Shown here: positions 22,440 to 32,320 of the stretch, in pieces
How positions within the stretch are numbered: the first letter of the stretch is position 1
How the letters are laid out: each line of letters opens with the position of its first letter
Source: Octadecabacter sp.
GTDB taxonomy: Bacteria > Pseudomonadota > Alphaproteobacteria > Rhodobacterales > Rhodobacteraceae
NCBI GenBank assembly: GCA_028825445.1
Contig: JAPKAD010000006.1
Span: 39,877 to 103,876 of the forward strand
Direction of reading: 5' to 3'
Length of the DNA: 64,000 nt
Program-made: the position numbers and the translations under genes
Notes under the pieces: model-generated
What the model was told of the DNA's origin: nothing
Seen by the model: the letters and a program-made list of their open reading frames with translations, nothing else
The model's database searches: none

Positions 22440-22497
22440 CTTTTCTGTCCAGAAAAGTTAACTGGCTGGACCTGATGCTACCATAAATCCAAACTCA

Positions 22498-22530
22498 GAA
22501 GGCCGCGCAAATTAAAAGCCCGGCCTTTTC
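22498..22530 (+). terminator. Intrinsic terminator after the DUF1127 gene
   Basis: AAGGCCG...CGGCCTT stem followed by T residues. Confidence 0.55.
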
Positions 22531-23009
22531 ACACCTCAGTATAAAAAAGATAATTGATTGGCTTTAGTTTTAGAAAAAAACTGCTGCGTAATATACCAGC
22601 CAAGCGTACTTATAGTCCTGTTTTGCACGAAAACTGCCCCAGCCTGCTTAACTGCAAAGATCACTGGCCTCCAAGGTCAAAATTTCTGCACTCAACTGCG
22701 GAAATAACAACTATTTATGTGTAATTAAATTGCCACTCCAATCAGAGCGCATTCAAGTTGGAAGCTCTGTCGTATAGGTTAAAGATGTGACCATGTCAGA
22801 TCTTTAAAATAAATATCATGATTTTTGCGAAGCTAGTTATAAGTGCGAATAATTTTCATTAAAAAGTTTACCAAAAGGAGTATCAATTGTCCTTGGACAG
22901 CCTTGCATGCAAATTCGAGTTTTAGCTAATATGATTAAACTGCAGCCACATAAGGCAAAATATCCACCCATCTAAAATAAATTTTTAAATATAATAGGCT
23001 TCGATTTTT

Positions 23010-23882
23010 TTAAAATTTTAACCGCAAAGTTAAAGTAGTCCAATCACCAATCTCATCCCGGGATACCAAATTAAAACCGGATCGGGCATAAGTTGCGGTT
23101 ATCTCATCGGCTTGTTCGTTCAAAAGCCCCGACAGAATCGCAAAAGCACCTACCTTGGCATTTTTTGCCATATCAGGAGCAAGCTTAATCAGTGGTCCCT
23201 TTAAAATGTTAGCGAATATCAGATCAAAAGGTGCTGCACTATGCAGCACTGGATCATCAAAACCCGCAGCGGTTACGCACATCACCACACCAGACATGTT
23301 ATTAGCAGACAAGTTGGTTTGAGCCACCTCGACAGCAATCGGATCAATATCGCTGGCAATAATATTTGCACCAGTGGTCTTGGCGGCCGCCATCGCTAGC
23401 ACCGCAGTGCCACATCCAACATCAACCACATCTGCAAAAACCTCACCGTTGTTGAGCAACCGATCGAACGCACGCAGACAGCCCAGCGTTGTACCATGGT
23501 GCCCCGTACCAAACGCAAGTGCCGCATCAACGAGAAGACCGACGCGGCCATCTGGTAGCACATCGGAGACATGTGATCCGTAAACAAAAAATCGTCCTGC
23601 ATCAATCGGGGGCAATTCACGTTTCACGTGAGCAACCCAGTCGGTCTCCGGCAGTTCGCTAACTTTAAATGACTTGACCCCAAAGGTCGCAGCCAGCAAT
23701 GAAAGTGATGCTTTGTCAGGTGCCGCTTCGAAATAGCCACCAACCTCCCACATGCCACTGTTGTCTTCGACTTCAAATACCCCAACTCCCGTTGGTGGAG
23801 GCAACATGCCCTCCATCGCATCACTTATAGCTTGAGCGGCGGATTTGCCCATAATGTTGGTTAAAGCTGTAAATGTAGTCAT
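23010..23882 (-). CDS. prmA: Ribosomal protein L11 methyltransferase
   Basis: AFGTGHHGTT, DVGCGTAVL, ANIL, ILSGLL. Confidence 0.94.
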   Translation of the reverse strand: MTTFTALTNIMGKSAAQAISDAMEGMLPPPTGVGVFEVEDNSGMWEVGGYFEAAPDKASLSLLAATFGVKSFKVSELPETDWVAHVKRELPPIDAGRFFVYGSHVSDVLPDGRVGLLVDAALAFGTGHHGTTLGCLRAFDRLLNNGEVFADVVDVGCGTAVLAMAAAKTTGANIIASDIDPIAVEVAQTNLSANNMSGVVMCVTAAGFDDPVLHSAAPFDLIFANILKGPLIKLAPDMAKNAKVGAFAILSGLLNEQADEITATYARSGFNLVSRDEIGDWTTLTLRLKF

Positions 23883-23885
23883 AAT

Positions 23886-25118
23886 TTACTCCACGAGGTG
23901 TGTTGCGCGTATGCGCATAAAAATGGTCTCGTTGCCTTCATCTGGATGGCGAGGGATCATCAATGCCAGCACTAGCGAAATAAGCGCCATGCCAGCTGCT
24001 GCCAAAAAGACCATTTGGGGCGAGGAAAGCCATAAATATCCCAAACCAGCAGGTAAAAATACTGCCGCAATATGGTTGATTGTAAACGCTACCGCCGCCG
24101 TAGGTGCAATGTCTCGAGGATCAGCGATCTTTTGAAAATAAGTTTTAAGCGCCAGCGCAAGACTGAAGAAGATATGGTTGAAGACGTATAGAGCAGAGGC
24201 AAGAACCACCCCCCAGCCAAAGAAATACAAGCCACCATACAGTAAAAAGATCACCGCCAACCCTAAATATTCAAACACCAATGCGCTGCGTTCGCCAAAC
24301 AAGGATACCGCTTTACCAACCAGCGGGGCGGATACCATATTAGCCATAAGCGTAATCAAAAATAACGACGTGACCTCTTGCACAGCAAATCCAAATTTTT
24401 CAACCATCATAAATCCTGCAAAGACCACAAAAATCTGACGACGCGCACCAGACATGAGTTGAAGCGCGTAATACAGCCAGTATCGTTTACGCAAAATAAA
24501 CTGTTTGCGCTGCGGGTTAGGCGATTTAAATTGCGGATAAGCAAACAAACAAAACACTGCAACGCAGGCCGTCAATCCACCCGACACCCAATAAACAATT
24601 GAGTATGACAGATCGAACGCTTCCCAGGTTAGCACTATAAGCACGTAGGCCAAAAATGTCGCGCACGAACCAGCGGCAATGATCCAACCCAACGTCTGTG
24701 GCGCACTGGCCTTATCGATCCATTGCAACTGCAAGGACTGGTTAACCGTTTCGTAATAGTGAAAGCCAATCGAGCTCAGCATCGTGATTGTTAGGATGCC
24801 ACCCATGCTTGGAAACTGAGCCGTAAGCGCCGTCGCCACGCCAAGCATTACCAAAGCTACGAGACCCAAAACCTGCTCACGAACTAACATGAGCAGAACG
24901 ATTACACCAATGGCAAAAAAACCTGGGATTTCACGAACAGTATGAAGCCAGCCAATGTCCGAGCCATCAAAATCAGCAACCGCAATTACGAAATTATTTA
25001 ACAACGCAGACCATGTCGAAAACGCAATCGGCATCACTGCTGCCATCAAAAATAGCAGTGTCACCGGTTTGCGCCAAAATGGCAAAAGCTGCGCTTCAAC
25101 AAGGGAAATGGTTTTCAT
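23886..25118 (-). CDS. MFS transporter
   Basis: About 12 hydrophobic segments in 410 aa; REIPGF and FTINHIAAV. Confidence 0.85.
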   Translation of the reverse strand: MKTISLVEAQLLPFWRKPVTLLFLMAAVMPIAFSTWSALLNNFVIAVADFDGSDIGWLHTVREIPGFFAIGVIVLLMLVREQVLGLVALVMLGVATALTAQFPSMGGILTITMLSSIGFHYYETVNQSLQLQWIDKASAPQTLGWIIAAGSCATFLAYVLIVLTWEAFDLSYSIVYWVSGGLTACVAVFCLFAYPQFKSPNPQRKQFILRKRYWLYYALQLMSGARRQIFVVFAGFMMVEKFGFAVQEVTSLFLITLMANMVSAPLVGKAVSLFGERSALVFEYLGLAVIFLLYGGLYFFGWGVVLASALYVFNHIFFSLALALKTYFQKIADPRDIAPTAAVAFTINHIAAVFLPAGLGYLWLSSPQMVFLAAAGMALISLVLALMIPRHPDEGNETIFMRIRATHLVE

Positions 25119-25199
25119 AAAAATAGCGTTACGCTCGCTTAACAGAATTGTCGAACCCAGAATTACGAATTGAGAATTCTGTGCAAAACCAGAATTGGG

Positions 25200-25560
25200 A
25201 TACCCTAAATAATAGGTTCATCCCAAAAAATAGCCGTTAGAGAAAACTCAAACACCCCAGACAAAACTAATCGCATAAACAAGAAACAATACACTAGAGT
25301 ATCAAACATCATACAGCGCTTTATTACAAATAACCCCAAGCCTTAAATTTCCAATAAGAACGTTGAACGTCCTAGCGGATCGGCCTGACAATCTTTGTTC
25401 GGGTAGCGGCAAATTGGGTTGGTGGTACAAATGCACACAGATTAACCTAAAAGCAAAAAGCATTGCGCGCAGGCATCACAAACCTTCGCTGCCTGTCCAC
25501 TTCTTCTTAAATCAGTCTTTGCCTCAAATATGACTCAGGAGCGCCTACTGGACATTCATT
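25200..25560 (+). pseudogene. Possible remnant of an SLT-domain lytic transglycosylase
   Basis: Fragments ALLQITPS, IRTLNVLADRPDN and VRVAANW weakly resemble GLLQILP, IRIMxxTVPRD and RGVAADW; very degraded. Confidence 0.25.
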
Positions 25561-25593
25561 GCCCAATTAAATTTCTGTTAAATAATAATAAAT

Positions 25594-27786
25594 TTAATAA
25601 AAATTTTGTGGATCAATATCAATCGCCATCCGTAAATCTCCACCAAACTTAAACTGCGCTGTCCACGCCAACAATGCTTGTTGCAACGGCGCAGACTTTT
25701 CAGCCTTCACCAACAAGCGCACACGATGCCTTCCACGTATCCGCGCAATTGGTGCAGGTGCAGGACCATAAACTTGTGCGCCAATTTTCCGTAGTGGTTC
25801 GTCCATACGTGCCATTTTCGTGCCTAGCTCAAAAACATCTTGCATGTTGAATGACGACAACACGATACCAGCCATTCGCCCGTAGGGCGGCACGCCCGCG
25901 GCTCGACGCTCAGCCGCTTCAGCAGACCAAAATGCTTCTTCATCACCGCCCAAAATGGCACAAATAACAGGGTGTTCGGGCTGAAATGTCTGTAACACTG
26001 CCTCACCTGCAATATCGGCGCGCCCTGCACGCCCCGCGACCTGACGCATTAGTTGAAACGTGCGTTCAGCTGCGCGCAGATCCGACCCCTTCAACCCAAG
26101 ATCGGCATCGATGACACCTACGAGGGTCAGTTTTGGAAAATTATGCCCCTTGGCAACTAATTGGGTGCCAACAATAACATCCGCCTCACCGCGCGCAATA
26201 CTTTGAATATGTTCCTTCAAAGCCTGCGCAGAATTGTATAAATCCGAACTCAATACGGCAACCCTTGCGTCTGGAAACAACGCTTGGGCTTCTTCGGCCA
26301 TGCGCTCAACGCCGGGGCCGACAGGGGCTAACTTATCCACAGCTTCGCACGATGGGCACACCGTAAGCATAGGTTTAGTCTCACCACATTGATGACACAT
26401 CAAGCGTTTTAAAAACCGATGCTCGACCATTGTCGCGTCGCAATCATCACAACCAATCTGGTGCCCGCAAGCGCGGCAAACCGTGACCGGTGCATAGCCG
26501 CGACGATTCAAAAACAACAACGATTGTTCGCCTTTCTCCAGCCTGCTTTCAACCATCTTCCGCAACGTCGGTGACACCCATCGCCCTCCAGGCAAATCTT
26601 CAATCCGCATATCAATTGCAGACATTTTTGGCAGTACGGCTGCGCCGTATCGCGACGCTAACGTCACACGCACATACTTACCTGCTTCTACATTCGCCCA
26701 AGATTCCAAAGATGGCGTGGCTGATGCCAAGACAACCTGCGCGGCGTTCAATGACGCTCGCAGCACAGTCATATCGCGTGCATTATAAAGTACACCATCT
26801 TCTTGTTTGTAGGACGTGTCATGTTCTTCATCCACAACGACAAGCCCAAGGTCGCAAAATGGCAAAAATAGAGCCGACCGCGCTCCAACTATCAACTGCG
26901 CATCACCTTGCCCGACCATGCGCCAGCAACGCCGCCTTTCAGTCATTGACACGCCACTGTGCCATTCCGCAGGCTTACAGCCAAACCGTGCTTCGACCCG
27001 CATCAAAAATTCAGCCGTCAGCGCAATTTCTGGCAGTAATACTAAAGCCTGGCGGCCATGGCGCAAACATTCAGCCACAGCTTCCAAATACACTTCAGTC
27101 TTACCTGATCCAGTGACACCCTTTAGCAACGTGGTACCATAGGTACCCGACCGCACAGCATCAATCAATATTTTCGCACCAAACGCCTGATCATCCGTTA
27201 ATTTCTTACCCCCATGGTCAGGATCAAGGCACGGGTAAGGAATATCACGCGGCGCCTTTTCTTCATTGACAGAACCCAGTTTAACTAAGCCTTTGACCAC
27301 TGACGTCGTAACGCCCGCAGAATCCACTATTTCTTTTAACGTAAATGCCACACCGCCGTAGTCGCGCAAAAAGTCCAAGACCTTAGCGCGCGCATCAGTC
27401 ATCCGCGTGGGTTCATCCATTCCCAAGCGGTAAACTTTACGCATCGATGGCGCATCACCCAAACCAGGCGCACGGGTCGCAAGACGCAACATCGCGTTCA
27501 TCGGGGTCAGGGTATAGTCAGCAGCTTTGATCAGGAATTGCCGCATTTCATCAGTCATTGGCGCGACATTCAACACGCGCATTATGCTGCGTACCTTTTT
27601 GATGTCAAAGTTGCCCTTTCCTGCGCCCCAAACCACCCCCAGAACCTTGCGCGGTCCCAAAGGCACCTCAACAAACGCCCCCATATGGCACCCTCCCTCG
27701 GGGGCTTTGTAATCTAGCGTACGGTTAATTGGCTGCGCGGTCTGCACGCCCACCAAATCTCCTTCGTGGAAAAACTTTTGATCCAT
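25594..27786 (-). CDS. priA: Primosomal protein N'
   Basis: GVTGSGKTEVY, DEEH, Cys-rich Zn region, GTQLVAKGHNF, QVAGRAGR, IDIDP. Confidence 0.97.
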   Translation of the reverse strand: MDQKFFHEGDLVGVQTAQPINRTLDYKAPEGGCHMGAFVEVPLGPRKVLGVVWGAGKGNFDIKKVRSIMRVLNVAPMTDEMRQFLIKAADYTLTPMNAMLRLATRAPGLGDAPSMRKVYRLGMDEPTRMTDARAKVLDFLRDYGGVAFTLKEIVDSAGVTTSVVKGLVKLGSVNEEKAPRDIPYPCLDPDHGGKKLTDDQAFGAKILIDAVRSGTYGTTLLKGVTGSGKTEVYLEAVAECLRHGRQALVLLPEIALTAEFLMRVEARFGCKPAEWHSGVSMTERRRCWRMVGQGDAQLIVGARSALFLPFCDLGLVVVDEEHDTSYKQEDGVLYNARDMTVLRASLNAAQVVLASATPSLESWANVEAGKYVRVTLASRYGAAVLPKMSAIDMRIEDLPGGRWVSPTLRKMVESRLEKGEQSLLFLNRRGYAPVTVCRACGHQIGCDDCDATMVEHRFLKRLMCHQCGETKPMLTVCPSCEAVDKLAPVGPGVERMAEEAQALFPDARVAVLSSDLYNSAQALKEHIQSIARGEADVIVGTQLVAKGHNFPKLTLVGVIDADLGLKGSDLRAAERTFQLMRQVAGRAGRADIAGEAVLQTFQPEHPVICAILGGDEEAFWSAEAAERRAAGVPPYGRMAGIVLSSFNMQDVFELGTKMARMDEPLRKIGAQVYGPAPAPIARIRGRHRVRLLVKAEKSAPLQQALLAWTAQFKFGGDLRMAIDIDPQNFY

Positions 27787-28388
27787 TAGGCGGCTTTACG
27801 CAGCGTCGGGGTCAGCACACCAATGGTAATTAATACGTTGCCACCGATGCGGGTCACCCAGCCCAAAGAAACCAATTTACAAATGGTGGCGCTTAGGCGG
27901 TTTGCCCGCAGCGTGTAAAGCCGAACATTGATCGTGGCCAGGATTGAAAACTTAGGCATCAATGTAGCTGCCTCCCAAATGAACTCAGGCACACAAAAGA
28001 TGAAAAATATAATGCCCTTGGGCTTCCGCGATGTTATAGTTGATCCATTGCAAAAAACTACGCGCATGCTCAAATGTGGCACGTTCTTAATCCAGACTAT
28101 CGCTACGCTGCCGACCGACCAGATCACACTGATACCCATCCAGACTAGACTGACAACACCAACGCATTTCAGCACCACAAACATCGTCGCCGATGCAATT
28201 ACCAACGCGCTAAATCCAACAAAAGAGAGGGTCATCGCTACGAAATCACCTAAAGTCACGTAAATTTCTAACAACACTTGACCAAATTGGGGCAGTGCAT
28301 CTGTCAGCACCAACAGAAATATTGTGCTAGGTATGATGATTGAAGCCATTATCATGGTGACAAATATCATCCAAAGTAAAAGGTCAAT
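27786..28388 (-). pseudogene. LysE/RhtB translocator, open frame but degenerate
   Basis: LysE layout (LGDFVAM, LVIASATMFVVLKCVG) but PGP reads PST and NPK reads KPK. AGGAG SD precedes ATT at 28388; the first ATG is at 28370. Confidence 0.6.
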
Positions 28389-28547
28389 GTGAGGGAATCT
28401 CCTGAGCAAGAGGTTGAGTCTCCTATTACACACCCGAGTCGGAACGCGCACAACCGCCCCTTCCAGTGCGCAGCGCTTTGCGCTATGTGGGCAGCGAACC
28501 CATTAGCCCCAAATTTAGCCCCATAAACTTCAGTAGGAGCCAAACCC

Positions 28548-29201
28548 ATGAAATTCTTCGTAGACACCGCAGACGTAATCGCCATCAAAGAACTTAACGA
28601 CCTTGGCATGGTCGACGGCGTAACCACGAATCCATCGATCATCGCTAAATCAGGACTGAACATCCTTGAAGTTACGAAAGAAATTTGTGACCTCGTTGAT
28701 GGCCCTGTTTCAGCAGAGGTCGTCGCTACAGACGCCAAACATATGATCGCCGAAGGCCGCAAGCTGGCAAAAATTGCTGGTAACATCGCCGTAAAGGTGC
28801 CGCTGACATGGGATGGCCTCAAAGCCTGCAAAGTGCTGACGGACGAGGGCAATATGGTCAACGTGACGCTGTGTTTTTCTGCCAACCAAGCGCTGCTGGC
28901 TGCTAAGGCTGGCGCCACCTTCATCTCACCGTTTATTGGACGCCTCGACGATATCAACCTCGACGGTTTGGAATTAATTGAAGATATCCGTCTGATTTAT
29001 GATAACTACGGTTTTGAAACTCAGATCTTGGCTGCCTCCATCCGCAATGCCAACCATATGTCCGAGTGCGCAAAAATCGGCGCTGACGTTTGCACCGCAC
29101 CGCCAAATGTCATTAAAGCTATGGCAAACCATGTGTTGACGGACAATGGTTTGGCCTCATTCCTGGCAGACGCCAAGAAGGCTAACATTAAGATTGTTTA
29201 G
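28548..29201 (+). CDS. fsa: Transaldolase / fructose-6-phosphate aldolase family
   Basis: [35 protein letters not shown]. Confidence 0.93.
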   Translation: MKFFVDTADVIAIKELNDLGMVDGVTTNPSIIAKSGLNILEVTKEICDLVDGPVSAEVVATDAKHMIAEGRKLAKIAGNIAVKVPLTWDGLKACKVLTDEGNMVNVTLCFSANQALLAAKAGATFISPFIGRLDDINLDGLELIEDIRLIYDNYGFETQILAASIRNANHMSECAKIGADVCTAPPNVIKAMANHVLTDNGLASFLADAKKANIKIV

Positions 29202-29226
29202 ATCTGCACATCGTTTTTGGACGATG

Positions 29227-29245
29227 ACGGGGGCCCTGCCCCCGT
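29227..29245. repeat. GC-rich hairpin after fsa (REP-like or terminator-like)
   Basis: ACGGGGGC-CCT-GCCCCCGT perfect stem with no T tract. Confidence 0.5.
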
Positions 29246-29399
29246 ATCAGCAAATCTTATAAAAGAAATTTTGAAGGGGTGACAAACAGGACGCGACGTC
29301 AACCCTGCCCTGCAACACTATGTATCACCGATAAATAAACCTAGCCTGACCACACCTGTGTCTGCTAAACAGTGTATCAACTATTGATGTGAGATAAGC

Positions 29400-30131
29400 A
29401 TGAGCATAATAAGCGATCCCCTTTTGAATGCCCCTATTTTAAATGATGATGTTCGTTCAAGAATTATGTCTGACCCATCGGCTCTGCTAGAAGATAAAGA
29501 CATTATGGGCGCCCTCGTTGCCGCAAATGAAAAAAACATGGGCGATAATATAGTTGATTTGCGCGGCATAGCGATGGACCGGCTCGAGGCACGCCTTGAA
29601 CACCTTGAAGACACCCATCGCAATGTGATTGCAGCTGCATATGAAAACCTGGCTGGAACCAACCAAATCAACCGCGCAATTTTACGGATGATGGAAGCGA
29701 ATCAGTTCGAACCGTTCCTGCAAGATCTGCGCGGAGAGGTGTCTGATATATTACGTGTTGATGCTGTACACTTAGTTCTAGAGTCAGCGCAGCCAGACGC
29801 TGATCCTGTGCTATTGTGCCTTAGCGATGTGCTTTCGGTGGCCGAACCAGGATTTGTGAGTGACTATATTGACAATGGCCGAGCAGTTCCATCTCGACAA
29901 GTCACTTTACGCCAAGTCCGCACAAGCGACACAGCCATTTTTGGCGAAAAGGCAGACTACATCCGCTCAGAAGCCTGCATGCAGCTTAACCTTGGCGAAG
30001 GGCGCCTTCCGGGCATGTTAATTTTTGGCGCCAAGGACCCAAACCAGTTCACACCGCAGCAGGGCACTGATTTACTTACATTTTTTTTGGGCGTTTTTGA
30101 ACGGGTAATGAGGCGCTGGCTCAGCTTATGA
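29400..30131 (+). CDS. DUF484 family protein
   Basis: NIVDLRGIAM and QGTDLLTF; coupled to xerC. Confidence 0.85.
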   Translation: MSIISDPLLNAPILNDDVRSRIMSDPSALLEDKDIMGALVAANEKNMGDNIVDLRGIAMDRLEARLEHLEDTHRNVIAAAYENLAGTNQINRAILRMMEANQFEPFLQDLRGEVSDILRVDAVHLVLESAQPDADPVLLCLSDVLSVAEPGFVSDYIDNGRAVPSRQVTLRQVRTSDTAIFGEKADYIRSEACMQLNLGEGRLPGMLIFGAKDPNQFTPQQGTDLLTFFLGVFERVMRRWLSL

Positions 30132-31060
30132 TATCTCCTGTTATGTTATCCTCGTTGGGCGATTGGCTGGATCATCAGCGCGCTCTGAACGGAGCGGCCG
30201 CCAACACCATCACAGCCTATCAGACTGATCTTTTGGGTTTCTTGAGTTTCATGACCATCTATCACGGTGACACGATGGGCTTGGGCCCAGTTTCTTGTAT
30301 CACTATCAGCGATATGCGAGCGTGGATGGCATCAGAACGCGGACGCGGTGTAGCTGCCCGATCCTTAGCTCGTAGTCTATCAGCGGTCAAATCTTTCTAC
30401 CGTTGGCTCGCAGATCGTGAAGGTTTCGAACCCACTGCAGTGTTGTCGACCCGATCGCCCAAATTTCAGAAAAAATTGCCACGTCCACTAGCCATAGATG
30501 CAGCACGCACCATGATCGACACTGTTGAGATACAGGCGCGTGAACCTTGGATTGCAGCGCGCGATGTCGCCGTTGTGACGCTGCTGTACGGCTGCGGTTT
30601 ACGAATATCTGAAGCGCTTGGCTTGACTTCCACGGACGTCCCGTTGCCGGCAACACTACGCATAATTGGTAAAGGCGGCAAAGAACGCCTTGTCCCAGTG
30701 ATCCCCGCAGCTCGTAGTGTTGTGAATGCCTATTTGGATGCTTGTCCATATCCAATAACGGCAAATCAGCCGATCTTTCGTGGGAGCCGTGGTGGGCCAC
30801 TTTATGCCAAGGCAATTCAGAACGTCATGGCTAATTCGCGCATACAGCTTGGTCTGCCCGCAACAGCCACGCCGCATGCAATGCGTCACAGCTTTGCGAC
30901 ACATCTGCTGAATGCCGGTGGTGATCTTCGATCTATCCAAGAATTACTTGGCCATGCGTCCCTATCCACAACCCAAAGCTATACCGCCGTAGACACCACT
31001 CGTCTTATGGAGGTCTACGAAGCGGCTCATCCTCGTGCCAATCCGCGGGCAACCAGATAA
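30128..31060 (+). CDS. xerC: Tyrosine recombinase XerC
   Basis: LYGCGLRISE, GKGGKER, HAMRHSFATHLL, LLGH, Y; DUF484-xerC arrangement. Confidence 0.9.
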   Translation: MISPVMLSSLGDWLDHQRALNGAAANTITAYQTDLLGFLSFMTIYHGDTMGLGPVSCITISDMRAWMASERGRGVAARSLARSLSAVKSFYRWLADREGFEPTAVLSTRSPKFQKKLPRPLAIDAARTMIDTVEIQAREPWIAARDVAVVTLLYGCGLRISEALGLTSTDVPLPATLRIIGKGGKERLVPVIPAARSVVNAYLDACPYPITANQPIFRGSRGGPLYAKAIQNVMANSRIQLGLPATATPHAMRHSFATHLLNAGGDLRSIQELLGHASLSTTQSYTAVDTTRLMEVYEAAHPRANPRATR

Positions 31061-31113
31061 TTGCGCGTAACACCCGACTTGCCCTGCCACCCTCATTCGG
31101 TCATGACAATCAA

Positions 31114-31809
31114 ATGAATGCAAAAGCCAAAGCCCTCGCCGTCCACCTGTTTACCGCCACAGGTGCCGTTTTTGCCATGCTCGCCATGATCGAAGCGATC
31201 CAGAAAGACTGGGCATCAATGTTCGTGTGGCTCATCGTGGCGTTTGCCGTTGACGGGGTGGATGGACCACTTGCACGACATTATAACGTTAAAAAATATG
31301 CGCCACAGTTTGACGGCGTGTTGCTTGATCTTATCATTGACTACCTGACATATGTGTTCATACCAGCTTATGCTCTATTTGCATCTGGCTTAATGGATGG
31401 CTGGTCGGGTTTGGCTGCCATCATTGTGATCACCTTTGGATCAGCACTATATTTCTGCGATACTCGTATGAAAACAAAAGATAATTCTTTTTCGGGGTTT
31501 CCAGGATGTTGGAATATGTTGATCTTGGTCTTGTTCGCATTATCACCACCGTGGTGGGCCTGCCTGATCCTTGTGGGAGTTCTTGCCGTGGCAATGTTCC
31601 TGCCTATCAAGTTTGTGCACCCTGTGCGCACTGACCGCTGGCGCTTCATATCCCTTCCCATGGCATTGGCTTGGACCATCTTTGCAGGCTTTGCGGCTTG
31701 GGAAGTGTTTGTTCTAGAACCTAGCGTCTTTTGGGGCTTGATGATAACGTCGATCTATCTGCTCGGCGCAGGCGCTTTACAGCAGGCTCTGCACGGACCA
31801 GACGGGTAA
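31114..31809 (+). CDS. pcs: Phosphatidylcholine synthase
   Basis: VHLFTATG, DGVDGPLAR, DGVLLDLIIDYLTYV, FSGFPGCWN. Confidence 0.88.
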   Translation: MNAKAKALAVHLFTATGAVFAMLAMIEAIQKDWASMFVWLIVAFAVDGVDGPLARHYNVKKYAPQFDGVLLDLIIDYLTYVFIPAYALFASGLMDGWSGLAAIIVITFGSALYFCDTRMKTKDNSFSGFPGCWNMLILVLFALSPPWWACLILVGVLAVAMFLPIKFVHPVRTDRWRFISLPMALAWTIFAGFAAWEVFVLEPSVFWGLMITSIYLLGAGALQQALHGPDG

Positions 31810-31817
31810 CTGGGCCA

Positions 31818-32270
31818 CTAAATTAGAAAGCCGCCCGCACGTTCATGGCGCAGCAAAGCGACCTTTGTTTCCACGCCACCTTTGCCGGAAAACCCTGTCA
31901 GCCCCTTGGCCCCAATTACGCGATGACACGGAATTATCACTGGCACAGGATTGCCACCACAGGCTGATCCAACGGCTTGCGGCGATTGCTTTAAAGCCTT
32001 TGCGATATCACCGTATGTCACGGTCTCACCAAACGGGATAGCAGACATCTGGCTGCAAACCGCGCGCTGAAAATCCGATCCACCAATCCGCAATGGCAGA
32101 TCAAAAACCTCAAGTTCGCCAGCGTCATACGCCCGTAACTGTAGCGCGGCCTCCCTCAGCAGCGGTGTATCATCAACACCATCACCTTCCCATTCAACGC
32201 GAACAATCACGCTGTCGTCTTCCCAAAGAGTTAAGGGACCAAATTTCGTTGGAACAGTGAGGCTGAGCAT
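31818..32270 (-). CDS. ogt: Methylated-DNA--protein-cysteine methyltransferase
   Basis: IPFGETVTYG and active-site PCHRV. Confidence 0.9.
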   Translation of the reverse strand: MLSLTVPTKFGPLTLWEDDSVIVRVEWEGDGVDDTPLLREAALQLRAYDAGELEVFDLPLRIGGSDFQRAVCSQMSAIPFGETVTYGDIAKALKQSPQAVGSACGGNPVPVIIPCHRVIGAKGLTGFSGKGGVETKVALLRHERAGGFLI

Positions 32271-32320
32271 AGCCTCACTTTCACCAATTCTAACGACATC
32301 CGCAATCAGATTCCTGCGCT

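Noticed and set aside
22440-22560. Cuckoo/CcsR sRNAs after the DUF1127 gene
   Set aside because: No CCTCCTCCC loop motif present.
30128-31060. Phage or island integrase
   Set aside because: DUF484-coupled XerC in core-gene context, with no att site or cargo.
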